40,699 nucleotides of DNA from a virus (Duplodnaviria > Heunggongvirae > Uroviricota > Caudoviricetes), in IMG/VR virus record IMGVR_UViG_647533158_000007. One strand, given 5' to 3'. Below the pieces are notes generated by a model. That model was not told where the DNA came from. It was given only the letters and a program-made list of their open reading frames with translations, and did not search any database. A program made the position numbers and the translations under genes. Positions 21,235 to 31,088 of the stretch are shown here, in pieces. Each line of letters begins with the position of its first letter. The stretch's first letter is position 1.

Positions 21235-21409
21235 TCAATCTGTCCTCGCGCTCTTTGCGCTTGTAGTACCAGTTGATGCCAAATGTGCCGACAGTACAAA
21301 GAATACCAATGATGACAGCCCAGTCATTCAGGGAGAGAATGCCACCCATCGCAGTCAGTCCTCCGAAGCTGTAACTGAACCATTCTCTGATTTTGTCCAT
21401 ACGGTACAT
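21206..21409 (-). CDS. S: Pinholin-type holin with dual start (MYRMDK)
   Basis: 67 aa; two predicted TMDs (Gly-rich TMD1, hydrophobic TMD2), charged C-terminus KRKEREDR; Met1 and Met4 separated by a basic residue; 3' end overlaps endolysin start. Confidence 0.7.
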   Translation of the reverse strand: MYRMDKIREWFSYSFGGLTAMGGILSLNDWAVIIGILCTVGTFGINWYYKRKEREDRLNGNVTGTTK

Positions 21410-21707
21410 GCTCTACCCCTTCATTGAGGGGATTTGCTCTATTTAATTAGGAATAAGGTCTATTACTGATAGAACAAATCCAGGCTACTGTGTTTAGTAA
21501 TCAGATTTGTTCGTGACCGATATGCACGGGCAAAACGGCATGAGGTTGTTAGCGCAGCCTCTTGCCACCCGCTTTCACGAAGCCAGCCATTGCGCTGGTT
21601 TTCATTTATGCAAAGCACACCGCACCGTAGCCACAGCGGATAAGGTGATATTTTTGTCTGTCTGGTATTTGGTTTGATGTGCTTTCAGAAAGGCCGTGCT
21701 TAAAACG

Positions 21708-21801
21708 CAAAAAGCCCCGAGCTATTAACTCAGGGCTTTATTTAACGAGTGCATTTATCCATCGTTGGGTCAAATTTACCCAACTTTATTCAAAAAGTCA
21801 A
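21708..21801 (-). promoter_or_regulatory. Late promoter pR' / qut region and tR'-like terminator
   Basis: Minus strand reads TTGACTTTTTGAATAAAGTTGGGTAAATTTGAC (lambda pR'-like) then hairpin gcccugag-uuaauag-cucggggc + UUUUU; located between Q and holin. Confidence 0.6.
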
Positions 21802-21843
21802 TATCATGCAGTTAATATGTTGCCATCCGTGGCAATCATGCTG

Positions 21844-22467
21844 CTAACGTGTGACCGTATTCAAAATATTGTCTGCGATTGACTCTTCCTTGTGGCATTG
21901 CACCACCAGAGCGTCATACAGCGGCTTAACAGTGCGTGACCAGGTGGGTTGGGTAAGGTTTGGGATTAGCATCGTTACAGCGCGATATGCGGCGCTTGCT
22001 GGCATTCTTGAATAGCCGACACCTTTGCATCTTCCGCACTCTTTCTCAACAACTCTCCCCCACTGCTCTGTTTTTGCTATATCAACTGCCCGACCTGTTC
22101 CGTGGCAATCTCTGCATCTTGCGCCCGGCGTCGCGGCACTACGGCAATAATCCGCATAAGCGAATGTTGCGAGCACTTGCAGTACCTTTGCCTTAGTATT
22201 TCCTTCGAGCTTTGCCACACCACGGTATTTCCCCGATACCTTGTGTGCAAATTGCATCAGATAGTTGATAGCCTTTTGTTTGTCGTTCTGGCTGAGTTCA
22301 TGCTTACCGCAGAATGCAGCCATTCCGAATCCGGCTTGTGATTGCGCCATCCCCATAGCAGCCATCACATCAGTACCGGAAAGAGAGTCAGAAGCCGTAG
22401 CCCGTGGTGAGTCGCTCATCATCGGGCTTTTTGGCGAATGAAATTTAGCTACGCTTTCGAGTCTCAT
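21844..22467 (-). CDS. Q: Late antiterminator Q (lambda-type)
   Basis: 207 aa; near-identical along its length to recalled lambda Q ([27 protein letters not shown]...); Cys-rich zinc-binding motif CRDCHGTG...CGRCKG. Confidence 0.9.
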   Translation of the reverse strand: MRLESVAKFHSPKSPMMSDSPRATASDSLSGTDVMAAMGMAQSQAGFGMAAFCGKHELSQNDKQKAINYLMQFAHKVSGKYRGVAKLEGNTKAKVLQVLATFAYADYCRSAATPGARCRDCHGTGRAVDIAKTEQWGRVVEKECGRCKGVGYSRMPASAAYRAVTMLIPNLTQPTWSRTVKPLYDALVVQCHKEESIADNILNTVTR

Positions 22468-23129
22468 GCGCCTTCTCCCTGTACCTGAATCAATGTGAGG
22501 TTTCCGCAGAACACTGCGCCGGTATCGATATACATCTGGTTGGCAAACTTGAGTGGTTTCACTGCTGGCGTATGACCAAAGATGAACGTGTCCGCACCTT
22601 TGATTTCTTTCACGATCCCGTCTTGTGAGTTGCTGATTCGTTCGCGGTTCCAGATTACCTGCTGATGATCAACTGGTTTTCCAAACTCGTATTCGTCACA
22701 AGGATAATCGGCGTGGCAGATGACATATTTTTTATCTTTGCTCACCAGTTCGATGATTAACGGAAGTTCATCTGCTTTATGGGCAAGAGCTTTAGCCAGA
22801 ATTTCTTTGTCGTAATCGAGATTAAAGAACCAGCCACCGCCATTAAACAGCCAGTGATTGACGTTTCCACGCTCTGATAAGCCATCAATCATCATTTGCT
22901 CATGGTTTCCACGTACAGCTCGGAACCAGGGGAATGTGATTAATTCCAGACATTCGACGTTCTCTGTACCGCGATCGACCAAATCGCCAACCGAGATAAG
23001 CAGGTCTTTTTTGGTGTCGAATCCTATCGTCTCCAGTTTTTTCATCAGGTTCGTGTAGCATCCGTGCAGATCGCCAACTACCCAAATATTTCGGTATTTG
23101 CTGCCATCAATTCTTTCGTAATAGCGCAT
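22464..23129 (-). CDS. Ser/Thr protein phosphatase (lambda ORF221 / PP-lambda-like)
   Basis: Metallophosphatase motifs GDLHG, GDLVDRG, GNHE; start set at internal Met ([16 protein letters not shown]) rather than the longer six-frame ORF that overlaps ninH. Confidence 0.85.
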   Translation of the reverse strand: MRYYERIDGSKYRNIWVVGDLHGCYTNLMKKLETIGFDTKKDLLISVGDLVDRGTENVECLELITFPWFRAVRGNHEQMMIDGLSERGNVNHWLFNGGGWFFNLDYDKEILAKALAHKADELPLIIELVSKDKKYVICHADYPCDEYEFGKPVDHQQVIWNRERISNSQDGIVKEIKGADTFIFGHTPAVKPLKFANQMYIDTGAVFCGNLTLIQVQGEGA

Positions 23130-23313
23130 CTCTTTCACTCCATCCGCGATGAACCATAAGAACGTCGTTGACGATGGCGTGCATTTTCCCGTCTTTATCA
23201 TCAACGTATTTTCTGACCGTACCGCGACTACATTTCAGTCTGCGTGCTACTTCTGTTTGGTTTCCGTATGCTTCAACGAGCATGTCTGGAATGGTTTTTA
23301 CTGAGAACGTCAT
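23107..23313 (-). CDS. ninH: NinH
   Basis: 68 aa; matches recalled lambda NinH ([37 protein letters not shown]...). Confidence 0.8.
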   Translation of the reverse strand: MTFSVKTIPDMLVEAYGNQTEVARRLKCSRGTVRKYVDDKDGKMHAIVNDVLMVHRGWSERDALLRKN

Positions 23314-23921
23314 GCGGCCTCACTTCTGCTGTTTCGCAGGTCTTTGAGTTTCTGCTGATACTCCGCCTTGATGGCCCTGCACTCTTCGACAGTCCAGCGA
23401 TGGCGGTTATGGTTTGATTCGATTTCGTCTACTGCTTCCTGCCCGATGCGGTTAATTAGTTCGACGCGATACGGAACGAGATTTCCGCTTTTGTGCTGGT
23501 TGCACACCACGCATTGCTTGTGAATATTGCGTTCATCAAATCGGAGTTGAGGTGCCGCAGCAGTTGTCCGGTAATGCCCGGCATCCCACTGAGCAGACGT
23601 GAGCGTTCCGCACGAGATACATGGTAAGTCGCGGTCTCTTTCTCTGATGAAGGCGTTTACGGCTTGTTGGGCTTGTTTAATCCAGTAACTGCGGGGCTTT
23701 AAGGCGAGTTTTCGAATCTTAAGTTTATCTTTCTGTTTCTGCTCCTCTCGTCGTCGTTTCTTCTCTGCTGCCTTTTCCGCTTTTTCGCGTTCTTTGCTTC
23801 GTCGTTCGAGTGCTATCTTGGTTCCACACTCTGGAGAGCACCACCACTGATTGGCGAATGCAGGGTGAAACCATTCCCGACATTCATCGTTTTTACATCG
23901 TCTTCGCGCTGGTTTAGCCAT
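23310..23921 (-). CDS. ninG: NinG (Rap-like recombination endonuclease)
   Basis: 203 aa; Cys-rich N-terminus, Lys/Glu-rich linker; matches recalled lambda NinG. Confidence 0.8.
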   Translation of the reverse strand: MAKPARRRCKNDECREWFHPAFANQWWCSPECGTKIALERRSKEREKAEKAAEKKRRREEQKQKDKLKIRKLALKPRSYWIKQAQQAVNAFIRERDRDLPCISCGTLTSAQWDAGHYRTTAAAPQLRFDERNIHKQCVVCNQHKSGNLVPYRVELINRIGQEAVDEIESNHNRHRWTVEECRAIKAEYQQKLKDLRNSRSEAA

Positions 23922-23974
23922 CGTCTTCTTCCTCGTGCATCGAGCTATTCGGATCGCTCATCAGTTCTGCGCAG

Positions 23975-24484
23975 TTATGGTCTGCCATGGTTTTCATGAA
24001 AACCCAGTTCTTTTTCTGCCCTCTTCCTTTCTGCAATAGCGTCAATGATGCTAGCAAATATTCCAAGATATTTGGTGCGCCCATCTACGCATATATTCGC
24101 AATCCACTTACATCTCTCTTTATTGAAATATACTCCAGTCACTCCTGACGAATTGGTTATTTTTCTCTTTTGGTTCTGTGCATTCTGTTGGTGTGTAACC
24201 AATCGAAGATTAGATAGCCTATTATCTGACCTTACTCCATTTATATGATCAATTTTATACCCTAATGGAATCTCACCATTATTTATCATCCATATAACGT
24301 GGTGAGCATAAGTAATTACACCATCGATAGTTAACATCCTATAACCATCACTCCTAATGTAACCAGCAACACTGCCAACCTTAACATTATTAGAAGGAGA
24401 CACTTTCCATCTAAGTACACCTAAAACATCATCATATGATAATTTATTTCTTAATTCGTCTATGTTGCTTATATTTCTCATCAT
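23975..24484 (-). CDS. HNH endonuclease with C-terminal AP2-like DNA-binding domain (homing-endonuclease-like)
   Basis: 169 aa; HNH motif DHINGVRSDNRLSNLRLVTHQQN; AP2-like segment GVTGVYFNKERCKWIANICVDGRTKYLGIFASIIDAIAERKRA; strongly AT-rich compared with flanking nin genes. Confidence 0.8.
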   Translation of the reverse strand: MMRNISNIDELRNKLSYDDVLGVLRWKVSPSNNVKVGSVAGYIRSDGYRMLTIDGVITYAHHVIWMINNGEIPLGYKIDHINGVRSDNRLSNLRLVTHQQNAQNQKRKITNSSGVTGVYFNKERCKWIANICVDGRTKYLGIFASIIDAIAERKRAEKELGFHENHGRP

Positions 24485-24623
24485 GTTCCACCATATTTAA
24501 GCATTCATATATACAACGCTCACACACGTGAACTTCCAGCACATGCAGCTTCTGACCGCAGTTAGCGCACGCTAAAGCCCGCTCGACGCTTTCTTGTTCG
24601 TAACTTCGATTTGGGTCAATCAC
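24444..24623 (-). CDS. ninF: NinF-like small Cys-rich protein with altered C-terminus (GTG start, below ORF-track size cutoff)
   Basis: 59 aa from GTG overlapping ninE stop (GTGA), RBS GAGGAA; hand translation (M)[36 protein letters not shown]... resembles recalled lambda NinF until the region overlapped by the HNH gene start. Confidence 0.4.
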   Translation of the reverse strand: MIDPNRSYEQESVERALACANCGQKLHVLEVHVCERCIYECLNMVEHDEKYKQHRRIKK

Positions 24624-24802
24624 CTTGTTTTCCTCGCACGTTCTCTAAGCCACCGGATATCCCACAGGTGAGCCGTGTAGTTGAAGGTTTTTACGTCAGA
24701 TTCTTTTGGGATTGGCTTGCGTTTATTTCTGGAGCGTTTCGTTGGAAGGTATTTGCAGTTTTCGCAGATTATGTCGGTGATACTTCGTCGCTGTCGTCTC
24801 AT
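24620..24802 (-). CDS. ninE: NinE
   Basis: 60 aa from internal Met of the 90-aa ORF; [23 protein letters not shown]... matches recalled lambda NinE; ATGA overlap with upstream gene. Confidence 0.75.
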   Translation of the reverse strand: MRRQRRSITDIICENCKYLPTKRSRNKRKPIPKESDVKTFNYTAHLWDIRWLRERARKTR

Positions 24803-25326
24803 GCCGCCCTCCTGACGCCCTGCCCGATCGCCATCAATGCCGCTTTGGATACGGTAGTAAACATCCGTCGAGGACTGATGAACGGTCGCCAAATCAGCAG
24901 CATGGAGCCTTTGCTGTTTCCCTTCTTCTCCAGCCCTGTCGATGGTTCGATAAAATTAATCCGTCCATCAGTGATAATGCGAACTTCGTCGACACTCTCC
25001 AGAGCCTTGCTGAACCATCCGACTGACATATCCTCTGGCACAAGCATAACTACCGTCTGTCGCTGTTGTATGCACTGCTCAGCGGCTTTTTCCACCCACG
25101 GCCTGATATTGCTGTACGGTGGGTTATTCCAGATTGCACCGTGGCTTACCCACTCAGAATTGAGCGCGTCGTCGGCCTCAGTTAGCCAGTGAGCGCATAA
25201 AGCATTTTTGTCGCTCGCTGCCGAATCCAGCCAGAATCCAAACTCAATATCCAGTGCATCAAAAAGCCAAAGCGGCGTTTGCCAGCAGTCCTTGTCGTGT
25301 GCTGGCGTATTTGATTTGATAGTCAT
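24799..25326 (-). CDS. DNA N6-adenine methyltransferase (phage Dam-like, orphan)
   Basis: Start at internal Met (MTIKSNT); contains NPPY motif ([14 protein letters not shown]); ATGA overlaps with ninB and ninE; no adjacent restriction endonuclease. Confidence 0.75.
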   Translation of the reverse strand: MTIKSNTPAHDKDCWQTPLWLFDALDIEFGFWLDSAASDKNALCAHWLTEADDALNSEWVSHGAIWNNPPYSNIRPWVEKAAEQCIQQRQTVVMLVPEDMSVGWFSKALESVDEVRIITDGRINFIEPSTGLEKKGNSKGSMLLIWRPFISPRRMFTTVSKAALMAIGQGVRRAA

Positions 25327-25763
25327 GCAGCCCGATCTCCCCATCTCGCTTTCCACTCCAGAGCCAGTCTCGCTTCGTCTGACCACTTAACGCCACGCTC
25401 TGTACCGAATGCCTGTATAAGCTCTAATAGCTCCGCAAATTCGCCTACACGCATCCTGCTGGTTGACTGGCCTATTACCACAAAGCCATTCCCGGCAAGG
25501 TTAGGAACAACATCCTGCTGCTTTAATGCTGCGGTAAACACACACTTCCAGCTTTCTGCATCCAGCCAGCGACCATGCCATTCAACCTGACGAGAGACGT
25601 CACCTAAGCAGGCCCATAGCTTCCTGTTTTGGTCTAAGCTGCGGTTGCGTTCCTGAATGGTTACTACGATTGGTTTGGTTGGGTCTGGAAGGATTTGCTG
25701 TACTGCGTGAATAGCGTTTTGCTGATGTGCTGGAGATCGAATTTCAAAGGTTAGTTTTTTCAT
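25323..25763 (-). CDS. ninB: NinB (recombination mediator)
   Basis: Start at internal Met (MKKLTFEIRSPAHQQNAIHAVQQILPDP...), near-identical to recalled lambda NinB. Confidence 0.85.
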   Translation of the reverse strand: MKKLTFEIRSPAHQQNAIHAVQQILPDPTKPIVVTIQERNRSLDQNRKLWACLGDVSRQVEWHGRWLDAESWKCVFTAALKQQDVVPNLAGNGFVVIGQSTSRMRVGEFAELLELIQAFGTERGVKWSDEARLALEWKARWGDRAA

Positions 25764-25783
25764 GACTTCCCTCTCCCCCAAAT

Positions 25784-25811
25784 AAAAAGGCCTGCGATTA
25801 CCTGCAGGCCT
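25784..25811 (-). terminator. Intrinsic terminator downstream of primase-helicase gene
   Basis: Minus strand: aggccugc-aggtaatc-gcaggccu perfect 8-bp stem followed by UUUUU. Confidence 0.55.
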
Positions 25812-25840
25812 GTTATTAGCTCAGTGATGTAGATGGTCAT

Positions 25841-27721
25841 TTAATACTCCGTCACGTTTTCCTGTCGCCACGCCTCGTCATATTCCGATTTCGGCATATT
25901 GGCGATGTAGCTATATGGCGATCCTGATTCAAGTTGCAGGAACTGGTGCGATTGCTCGTCAAGGAACAGCGGGACGCCACCTTCCCAACCTTCGCCGTTA
26001 CGTTGTTTTTCAAGCATCAAAACAGATGCCGGAGATGCCAGTAGCTGTTCGTCCTTCTCCGACATCTTTTCACCACTCTGAACTCTCTGTAACGCTCTCT
26101 CGCGAGCCTTGTTACGCCAGATGATGAAAAGGTTGTCTGTCAGGTCTGTTATCGCTCCAGAGCCTTTTACGTCCATTTTCCCGGTTGGTTTTTCTTCGCT
26201 GTCTCCTTTTCGCGAGTGAGTAACGAGAATGACGTGGGAGTTTGTTTTGTTTTTGAAGTCGCAAATCGAGTCAACAAACGCCTTCTGCCCGTTATAGTCA
26301 TCGTCGCCTATGCCACATTTCATCAGGCTGTCGATGATGAATAACTGGATCCCGTATCGGCGGCGAGCGTAGTCGAATATTTCGATCAGCCTGTCGGCTT
26401 TCGCCGTTCCGGTCAGGCCAAACACCCAAAGTCTTTCGTCATAAAATTTAAATGCAGAGTCAATTTCCAGCACTGGCGGCATCTTGCAGCACGTCGCCTG
26501 ACGGGTAAGGCGCTTAAGGAGAATACCAGGCTTCAGCTCAAGTGACGCGATGCAGGTCTTCACACCCTGACGCATTGCCTCAAGTGCCATATGCCCGACA
26601 ACCTCCGTTTTTCCGTGACCGTTCACACCATTGACCAGCGTCAACTCGGCCTCACGGAACTGGAATTTATCTGCCAGAGATTCCCACGGTGGATTAAACA
26701 GATACTGCTGCTTGCCGTAGAAAGCGTTGATAGTGTCCTGGTAAAACTCTCGCGCGCTGTAGAGTTCTTCAGGATCGAAGTATGATGCCGTGCCGATGTA
26801 CTGCCAGATTTCATCCTCGGTAACACCGTTCATCAGGCATTCGTTGATGTCTTTGTACGGCAGAGTAACAAGACGGCAACGATGTTCACCGAGTCGGCTT
26901 GCGATTTCCCTTGCGGCTTCACGACCAACATCATCAACGTCCATCGAGATGAATATTTCCTCAAACCTGTCGAGGTTGTGATACTCAAACTCAATCCACT
27001 GTTGCTTAGCACCTTTCCCGCCACCAAACGGCACGGATAACGCAGAGATGCCGTATTGCGCATAGCTCATACAATCAATTTCGCCTTCGCAAAGTACAAC
27101 CGCCCTCACGCCAGCGTCCAGAGCCTGCCATCCGAACAGACAAGGTTCACAATCACCTTCTGCCATAATGACTTTCTTCCCGTCCGGGCGCTCAGTGCTG
27201 ATTCGCTTGACCTGCAACAACTCACCATCGCGTTTGTACGGAATCACCAGAGCATCCAGTTCTCGTTCTCCATTCCACACCTTGCCGCTGACAACCTCGT
27301 AGCGCTTTACGACTTCTGGCGATATGCCACGCGATTGCAGGTACTCAAGATGGGATTCTGTCCTGGTAACGTAGCGGGCTATTTTCTTGCGGTCAGGTCT
27401 GGAGAATTTCTTCTCACGTTTGGCATCGAAATGGTGATCGTCATCCTTGATTCCGAGAAAGGCTTTCGCTTCCTGCATAGCCTGATGCAGGTTAATTCCA
27501 CGACATGCCATCCACAAATCAAGCATGTCACCGCCGTCTCCCTCAGCGAAATCAGCCCATTTTTTCTTGCCGCTAAGGTTGACCTTAAGGCTGTTTCCCT
27601 TGTCACCGTTAACGTTACCGGCAACCCACTCATGCCCCTCTTTCTTGCCGTTTGGCAACAGGTGCGGAGCCACCCTGTCAACCTGCGCCCAAAGCAGGTC
27701 GCTGAGTTCACTTGGCGTCAT
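25841..27721 (-). CDS. Bifunctional DNA primase / replicative helicase (Toprim domain + DnaB/RecA-like ATPase)
   Basis: 626 aa; Toprim-like acidic cluster (VLCEGEIDCMS, DVDDVGRE); Walker A GVNGHGKT; Walker B-like LFIIDSL. Confidence 0.85.
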   Translation of the reverse strand: MTPSELSDLLWAQVDRVAPHLLPNGKKEGHEWVAGNVNGDKGNSLKVNLSGKKKWADFAEGDGGDMLDLWMACRGINLHQAMQEAKAFLGIKDDDHHFDAKREKKFSRPDRKKIARYVTRTESHLEYLQSRGISPEVVKRYEVVSGKVWNGERELDALVIPYKRDGELLQVKRISTERPDGKKVIMAEGDCEPCLFGWQALDAGVRAVVLCEGEIDCMSYAQYGISALSVPFGGGKGAKQQWIEFEYHNLDRFEEIFISMDVDDVGREAAREIASRLGEHRCRLVTLPYKDINECLMNGVTEDEIWQYIGTASYFDPEELYSAREFYQDTINAFYGKQQYLFNPPWESLADKFQFREAELTLVNGVNGHGKTEVVGHMALEAMRQGVKTCIASLELKPGILLKRLTRQATCCKMPPVLEIDSAFKFYDERLWVFGLTGTAKADRLIEIFDYARRRYGIQLFIIDSLMKCGIGDDDYNGQKAFVDSICDFKNKTNSHVILVTHSRKGDSEEKPTGKMDVKGSGAITDLTDNLFIIWRNKARERALQRVQSGEKMSEKDEQLLASPASVLMLEKQRNGEGWEGGVPLFLDEQSHQFLQLESGSPYSYIANMPKSEYDEAWRQENVTEY

Positions 27722-27828
27722 GATTCCCTCAGATTGAGATTTTTAAACCAGAAATCGACAAACGAAATACTTAACCAGCCGTGGTTATAACCAGCGACCA
27801 GTAGCGATTTGATTTTTGATTTCATGGT

Positions 27829-28689
27829 TCACCTGTCGAAAAACACGTAGCCAGTTTTCGATACGGTGATTGCGGATGATGGTTTGGATTGTGGTTGAAT
27901 AGTTTCTGGCTTCTCGTCGTTCCAGCGTTGACCGTTCAGGTAGCTCGATGGTAACAACCTGTCGAATCCGAACTGCTTACCATTCCTGCATGCGATGTCT
28001 TCTGCCAGCATCGTGGCAAACTCGCTTGCCGTACCCCTGGTAGTTTTACGCCATTCCCTGAACTGTGTTCTGAATGCCGAAGCTGCGTTTTTCTTCCCGG
28101 CTTTCCGCATGCCTGCACACCAGAATATTTCCTCGAATGCCTTGTCGGTTTCTTCGTGACGGTCAGGTGATTTTTCACACTCCGTCCGAACACTTTCGGA
28201 CATAGTGTTTTTATTATTTCTTTTTTCTTTTGTAATAGTTTCTTTTGTGTGTCCCTGTTTTGGTGACAGCGCTGTCACCGTTTTGGTGACACTTTTTGTC
28301 ACCAATGTAGTGACATTATCACCAGAGTAGTGACACCCTTCTATTTTCCATTCTTCGATGTTCTTGTTAGGACCGATTTGCTGGCCTTCGCGAAGGATAA
28401 CCTTCATCGCGATAAGCTCATTCTTGGCCTTGTTTACCTTCTGTCTTGGCAGCCTGGTAATTTGAGCTAACTGACTATCAGAGATGCGATCCATCTTTTT
28501 ACCGTAGCCGTATGTTTTACGGCATATGGCGTGGGCAACCTTGCTCTGATTTTTCGTTAAATCTGCGCCGATAAGCTCTTCATACAGGGCATTTGCAAGA
28601 CGGGTATAACCATCTTCAACTTCTGCCACACGACGCTCCACAGGCCGTTGTGAAGGCCTTAAATGTGTTACGGTTGCAAGATTACTCAT
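27829..28689 (-). CDS. O: Replication initiator, lambda O-like N-terminal origin-binding domain
   Basis: 286 aa; N-terminal segment ([13 protein letters not shown]...[11 protein letters not shown]...[25 protein letters not shown]...GPNKNIEEW) parallels recalled lambda O; iterons lie inside the coding region and encode a repetitive VT-rich linker. Confidence 0.8.
   Translation of the reverse strand: MSNLATVTHLRPSQRPVERRVAEVEDGYTRLANALYEELIGADLTKNQSKVAHAICRKTYGYGKKMDRISDSQLAQITRLPRQKVNKAKNELIAMKVILREGQQIGPNKNIEEWKIEGCHYSGDNVTTLVTKSVTKTVTALSPKQGHTKETITKEKRNNKNTMSESVRTECEKSPDRHEETDKAFEEIFWCAGMRKAGKKNAASAFRTQFREWRKTTRGTASEFATMLAEDIACRNGKQFGFDRLLPSSYLNGQRWNDEKPETIQPQSKPSSAITVSKTGYVFFDR
28205..28340. 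repeat. Putative origin of replication: iterons plus adjacent AT-rich region inside the O-like gene
   Basis: Four spaced palindromic repeats of GTGACA..TGTCAC type (ggtgacagcgctgtcacc, ggtgacactttttgtcacc, gtagtgacattatcacc, gtagtgacaccc) next to a ~55-nt A/T-rich stretch. Confidence 0.6.
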
Positions 28690-28828
28690 GACCTTTCTCC
28701 TTCTGCATCAGCTTCACTTTTTCCAACTCAGCCCGGAATCGACCAGGCTGCTTGAAGCTGGACAGGAAGCGATCACGTAGTATGTGTTTGTGAATTTTGT
28801 CCTGGTAAGGACTGAGTTGTTTTGTCAT
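28682..28828 (-). CDS. Small hypothetical ORF between cII and O (below ORF-track cutoff)
   Basis: 48 aa by hand translation; AGGAG RBS; stop overlaps O start. Confidence 0.3.
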   Translation of the reverse strand: MTKQLSPYQDKIHKHILRDRFLSSFKQPGRFRAELEKVKLMQKEKGHE

Positions 28829-28860
28829 AATTACTCCTGTGGATTGATCCAGTAATGACC

Positions 28861-29157
28861 TCAGAATTCCATCTGGATTTGTTCAGAACGCTCGGTTGCC
28901 GCCGGGCGTTTTTTATTGGTGAGTCCATCAAGCGCATACTTAAAAGCCCTGCTAATCGGACTGATATCTGATGCCATTCCGAAAGCACACAAGACCGAGG
29001 CAATAAATCTCCAGTCCGTTCTGCTTATCTTCGATTCATGACAGCCAATCATCTTTGCCAGACCGCGCTGGGTAAGTGTTGACAGGTTGATGAGTAAATC
29101 TGTTTCTGCGCGATCAACGTCGCGCTGTGATAGTTTGCTGTAACTTGTTTGTTCCAT
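28861..29157 (-). CDS. cII: cII-like transcriptional activator (chimeric: divergent N-terminal region, lambda-like C-terminus)
   Basis: 98 aa; C-terminal [20 protein letters not shown] matches recalled lambda cII, N-terminal ~75 aa does not. Confidence 0.75.
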   Translation of the reverse strand: MEQTSYSKLSQRDVDRAETDLLINLSTLTQRGLAKMIGCHESKISRTDWRFIASVLCAFGMASDISPISRAFKYALDGLTNKKRPAATERSEQIQMEF

Positions 29158-29221
29158 TTCTTACTATTTCCATATGTAAATAATCACTAATACTCATCTT
29201 TCGATGAGTTCTTAATTAGTT

Positions 29222-29256
29222 ACCGCGTTGTCGGCGGTGCAGATTGATAAAGAGCG
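29222..29256 (-). promoter_or_regulatory. nutR (boxA + P22-type boxB)
   Basis: Minus strand reads CGCTCTTTA (boxA) then ACCGCCGACAACGCGGT (hairpin matching recalled P22 nutR boxB) just downstream of cro. Confidence 0.6.
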
Positions 29257-29263
29257 GTGTTAC

Positions 29264-29473
<210 letters not shown>

Positions 29474-29488
29474 TTAGTACATGCAATC

Positions 29489-29553
29489 ATTATCACCGCT
29501 AGAGGTAAAATAGTCAACACGCACGGTGTTAGATATTTATCCCCTGCGGTGAT
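29489..29553. promoter_or_regulatory. Right operator OR1-OR2-OR3 with divergent pR / pRM (lambda immunity type)
   Basis: Three 17-bp half-palindromic operators tatcaccgctagaggta, caacacgcacggtgtta, tatcccctgcggtgata; pR -35 TTGACT and -10 GATAAT on minus strand with 17-bp spacing. Confidence 0.8.
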
Positions 29554-29561
29554 AGATTTAA

Positions 29562-30278
<717 letters not shown>

Positions 30279-30285
30279 CACGTAA

Positions 30286-30723
30286 ATGATTAAAGAACGT
30301 ATTTCTTATATCATTCCGATTGCGATGGATGAAGGCAACCACGTAACTCCAGTTCTTATCTATGAAATGGATAAAGACTCCCATGAAGTGGATCTGTCAT
30401 TTGGCGCGTTTTTTATCGGCCTTAAGGCTACAAAAAAATATTCCATAGGCATTGAGGTTTTCAATGCTCAAGAAATACCGATACCAATTGACACAAAACT
30501 GTACTCCAACCATAAGTTTTTTACGGTAGCAGAAGCCAACGATGGAGAAACCATCGTATCAACTTCTATGAGAATTAACTTCCCAAGGGTGAAAATTATC
30601 AAGCCTGGGATATTCGAAGTTAGAGCATCACTGGTTAATCCTGAGAAAGGCGAAGTAATTGATGTAAAAAGTTCGTTTTTTGACGTGAAGATAACAGGAT
30701 CAGTTCGCGATGAGTTTAGATAA
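30286..30723 (+). CDS. Hypothetical protein in rexA position (module gene 1), function unknown
   Basis: 145 aa; no recognisable motif; begins 8 nt after cI stop; AT-rich; 3' end overlaps next ORF by 14 nt. Confidence 0.6.
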   Translation: MIKERISYIIPIAMDEGNHVTPVLIYEMDKDSHEVDLSFGAFFIGLKATKKYSIGIEVFNAQEIPIPIDTKLYSNHKFFTVAEANDGETIVSTSMRINFPRVKIIKPGIFEVRASLVNPEKGEVIDVKSSFFDVKITGSVRDEFR

Positions 30724-31081
30724 CAAGGTTGCTCAGCTTCGTCCAAATCAAAACATATCTCGCCCAATTGGACACTATTCCACTGATGATGCATACTCAC
30801 GGCATGGTGGAGGAAACGGCGGAGGTAACATGCTTGAGGCTAGAGTTGCAAAGCTAGAGTCTGATGTTGAATACATCAAGCGCGATCTCGCTGAGGTAAA
30901 GTCAGATATAAAATCTGTTGATTCTCGTCTGTCAGGTATTGAGACAAGCATTAACTCAGCAAAAACCACCATTAAGGCATCTGCTGTCGTTGTCAGTTTC
31001 GTGTTCGCATTTTGCGCCTACATTTTTGGAAGTTATGTTTCCAAAATCCTTGATGCCTTAAACGGACTCGTTCTTAAGTAA
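30710..31081 (+). CDS. Hypothetical membrane-anchored coiled-coil protein in rexB position (module gene 2)
   Basis: 123 aa; Gly-rich linker HGGGNGGGN, heptad-like coiled coil LEARVAKLESDVEYIKRDLAEVKSDIKSVDSRLSGIE, single C-terminal TM helix ASAVVVSFVFAFCAYIFGSYV; terminator immediately downstream. Confidence 0.6.
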   Translation: MSLDNKVAQLRPNQNISRPIGHYSTDDAYSRHGGGNGGGNMLEARVAKLESDVEYIKRDLAEVKSDIKSVDSRLSGIETSINSAKTTIKASAVVVSFVFAFCAYIFGSYVSKILDALNGLVLK

Positions 31082-31088
31082 CACACAA

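Noticed and set aside
22464-23204. Long (246-aa) version of the phosphatase ORF
   Set aside because: N-terminal 25 codons overlap ninH and lack an RBS; the internal Met with GGAG RBS gives the expected phosphatase N-terminus (MRYYE...).
24620-25386. Extended starts of NinE (90 aa) and the methyltransferase (195 aa) in the ORF track
   Set aside because: Internal Mets give ATGA-coupled starts and N-termini matching recalled homologues; the extensions overlap upstream genes.
27056-27790. 244-aa plus-strand ORF
   Set aside because: Entirely antisense to the primase-helicase gene, whose Walker and Toprim motifs support the minus-strand frame; no RBS or independent evidence.
28773-29003. 76-aa minus-strand ORF
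   Set aside because: Overlaps the cII-like gene out of frame; cII frame is supported by its conserved C-terminus.
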